Source: an uncultured Acetobacter sp. (GTDB lineage Bacteria > Pseudomonadota > Alphaproteobacteria > RF32 > CAG-239). From it: 59,208 nucleotides of DNA. Positions 58,620 through 59,208 of this stretch are shown here, in pieces. Below the pieces are notes generated by a model. The model saw only the letters and a list, made by a program, of their open reading frames with translations, was not told where the DNA came from and did not search any database. Within the stretch, counting starts at the first letter, position 1. Every line of letters begins with the position of its first letter. The DNA lies in assembly GCA_964416205.1 (NCBI GenBank), contig CAYQDC010000003.1:1167-60374 (forward strand), written 5' to 3'. The position numbers and the translations under genes were made by a program.

Positions 58620-58952
58620 TCAATTTAACATGCCCAAAAGCTCTCCACGCGGGGGCTTTTCTTTTGCCTGGTTATCCTGGCGATATCGCCCAGATAATAC
58701 CTCCCCCATAACTTCAAACATATTTCTACCTAACCTTGAAATTTCGGTGGTGATAATTTTATCACCCTTAGCGAGTTTCCTTAACAGTTTTCCAAGTTTT
58801 CTTTTATCCAATGGTTTTCGGTAAGAGATCGTTTCCTCAATAATTTCATCAACTTTGATATTGTTTTTATGGGCAAATGTTTCTAACTCAAAACGCTGAT
58901 TGGCACAATTTTGCAGGTCTGTGCTGACCCTGATATAAAAATAAGTCGTCAT
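58620..58952 (-). pseudogene. Truncated serine recombinase (resolvase/invertase) N-terminal catalytic fragment
   Basis: YFYIRVSTDLQ (catalytic Ser) and ISRLGRN. The sequence diverges after ~85 aa and stops at 110 aa. No HTH domain was found in any frame downstream. Confidence 0.7.
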
Positions 58953-59130
58953 TACTAATCCTTTGATATTACATTTTTATTTATCAAAAGATTTATATAA
59001 AATAAATGTCCCATTAGATTAAATATCTGGTGGAAATATATAACTGGGTATTTCCGGAGTCAATAATTTCTTGAAAAACGAGCAATTGTGTGAATTCTAG
59101 CAGTTTCATACACCTCTTTAATAAGCCCTG

Positions 59131-59167
59131 AAAAAGGCCTCTCCATAAACGGACATTTATGGAGAGG
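59131..59167 (-). terminator. Terminator of a minus-strand gene lying beyond the right window edge
   Basis: Perfect 12-bp stem CCTCTCCATAAA-CGGACA-TTTATGGAGAGG, followed on the minus strand by CCTTTTT. Confidence 0.7.
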
Positions 59168-59208
59168 TTGACGGACTGTGAAAGAGGAAAAGAAATTATT
59201 ACAGCAAT

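Noticed and set aside
1-59208. CRISPR arrays, rRNA genes, intact IS elements
   Set aside because: No spacer-separated repeats, rRNA-like segments or full transposase ORFs were seen. The only tandem repeat (1-54) has no spacers, and the only recombinase is truncated.

Overview
AT-rich bacterial chromosomal segment of about 59 kb, made up mostly of conserved housekeeping genes. These are tpiA-secG-pyrG, ppiD-fmt, tRNA-Leu, tig, nfo, tRNA-Pro, the ffh-rpsP-rimM-trmD-rplS cluster, prfC, rpoH-prmC, asnS, cobB, prephenate dehydrogenase, rpsB-tsf, parE, and a pit/DUF47 pair. RpoH (sigma-32), a DUF4167 protein, the tpiA-secG-pyrG order and a short (662 aa) ParE together suggest an alphaproteobacterium-like lineage. 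The huge HgdC-type activase/dehydratase fusion suggests an anaerobic lifestyle. Both points are inference only. Small accessory pieces are scattered between the core genes. They include a YgiW plus two-component module, a LysR plus secreted hydrolase pair, and an RgpF-like/GT61 glycosyltransferase pair carrying a G9 tract. There is also an unusual ABC exporter with odd neighbours, an internally deleted second sirtuin, two tandem DsbA-like genes, and a truncated serine recombinase at the right edge. The most interesting locus is 33881-35621 (minus strand). A 157-aa ORF there reproduces by eye the catalytic-core motifs of the CD38/ADP-ribosyl-cyclase family, and it is translationally coupled (20-nt overlap) to a membrane-anchored calcineurin-like metallophosphoesterase. 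I know of no described bacterial system with this architecture. No CRISPR array, rRNA or intact transposase was seen. All calls rest on reading the supplied translations and the DNA. No database search, GC computation or folding program was run.
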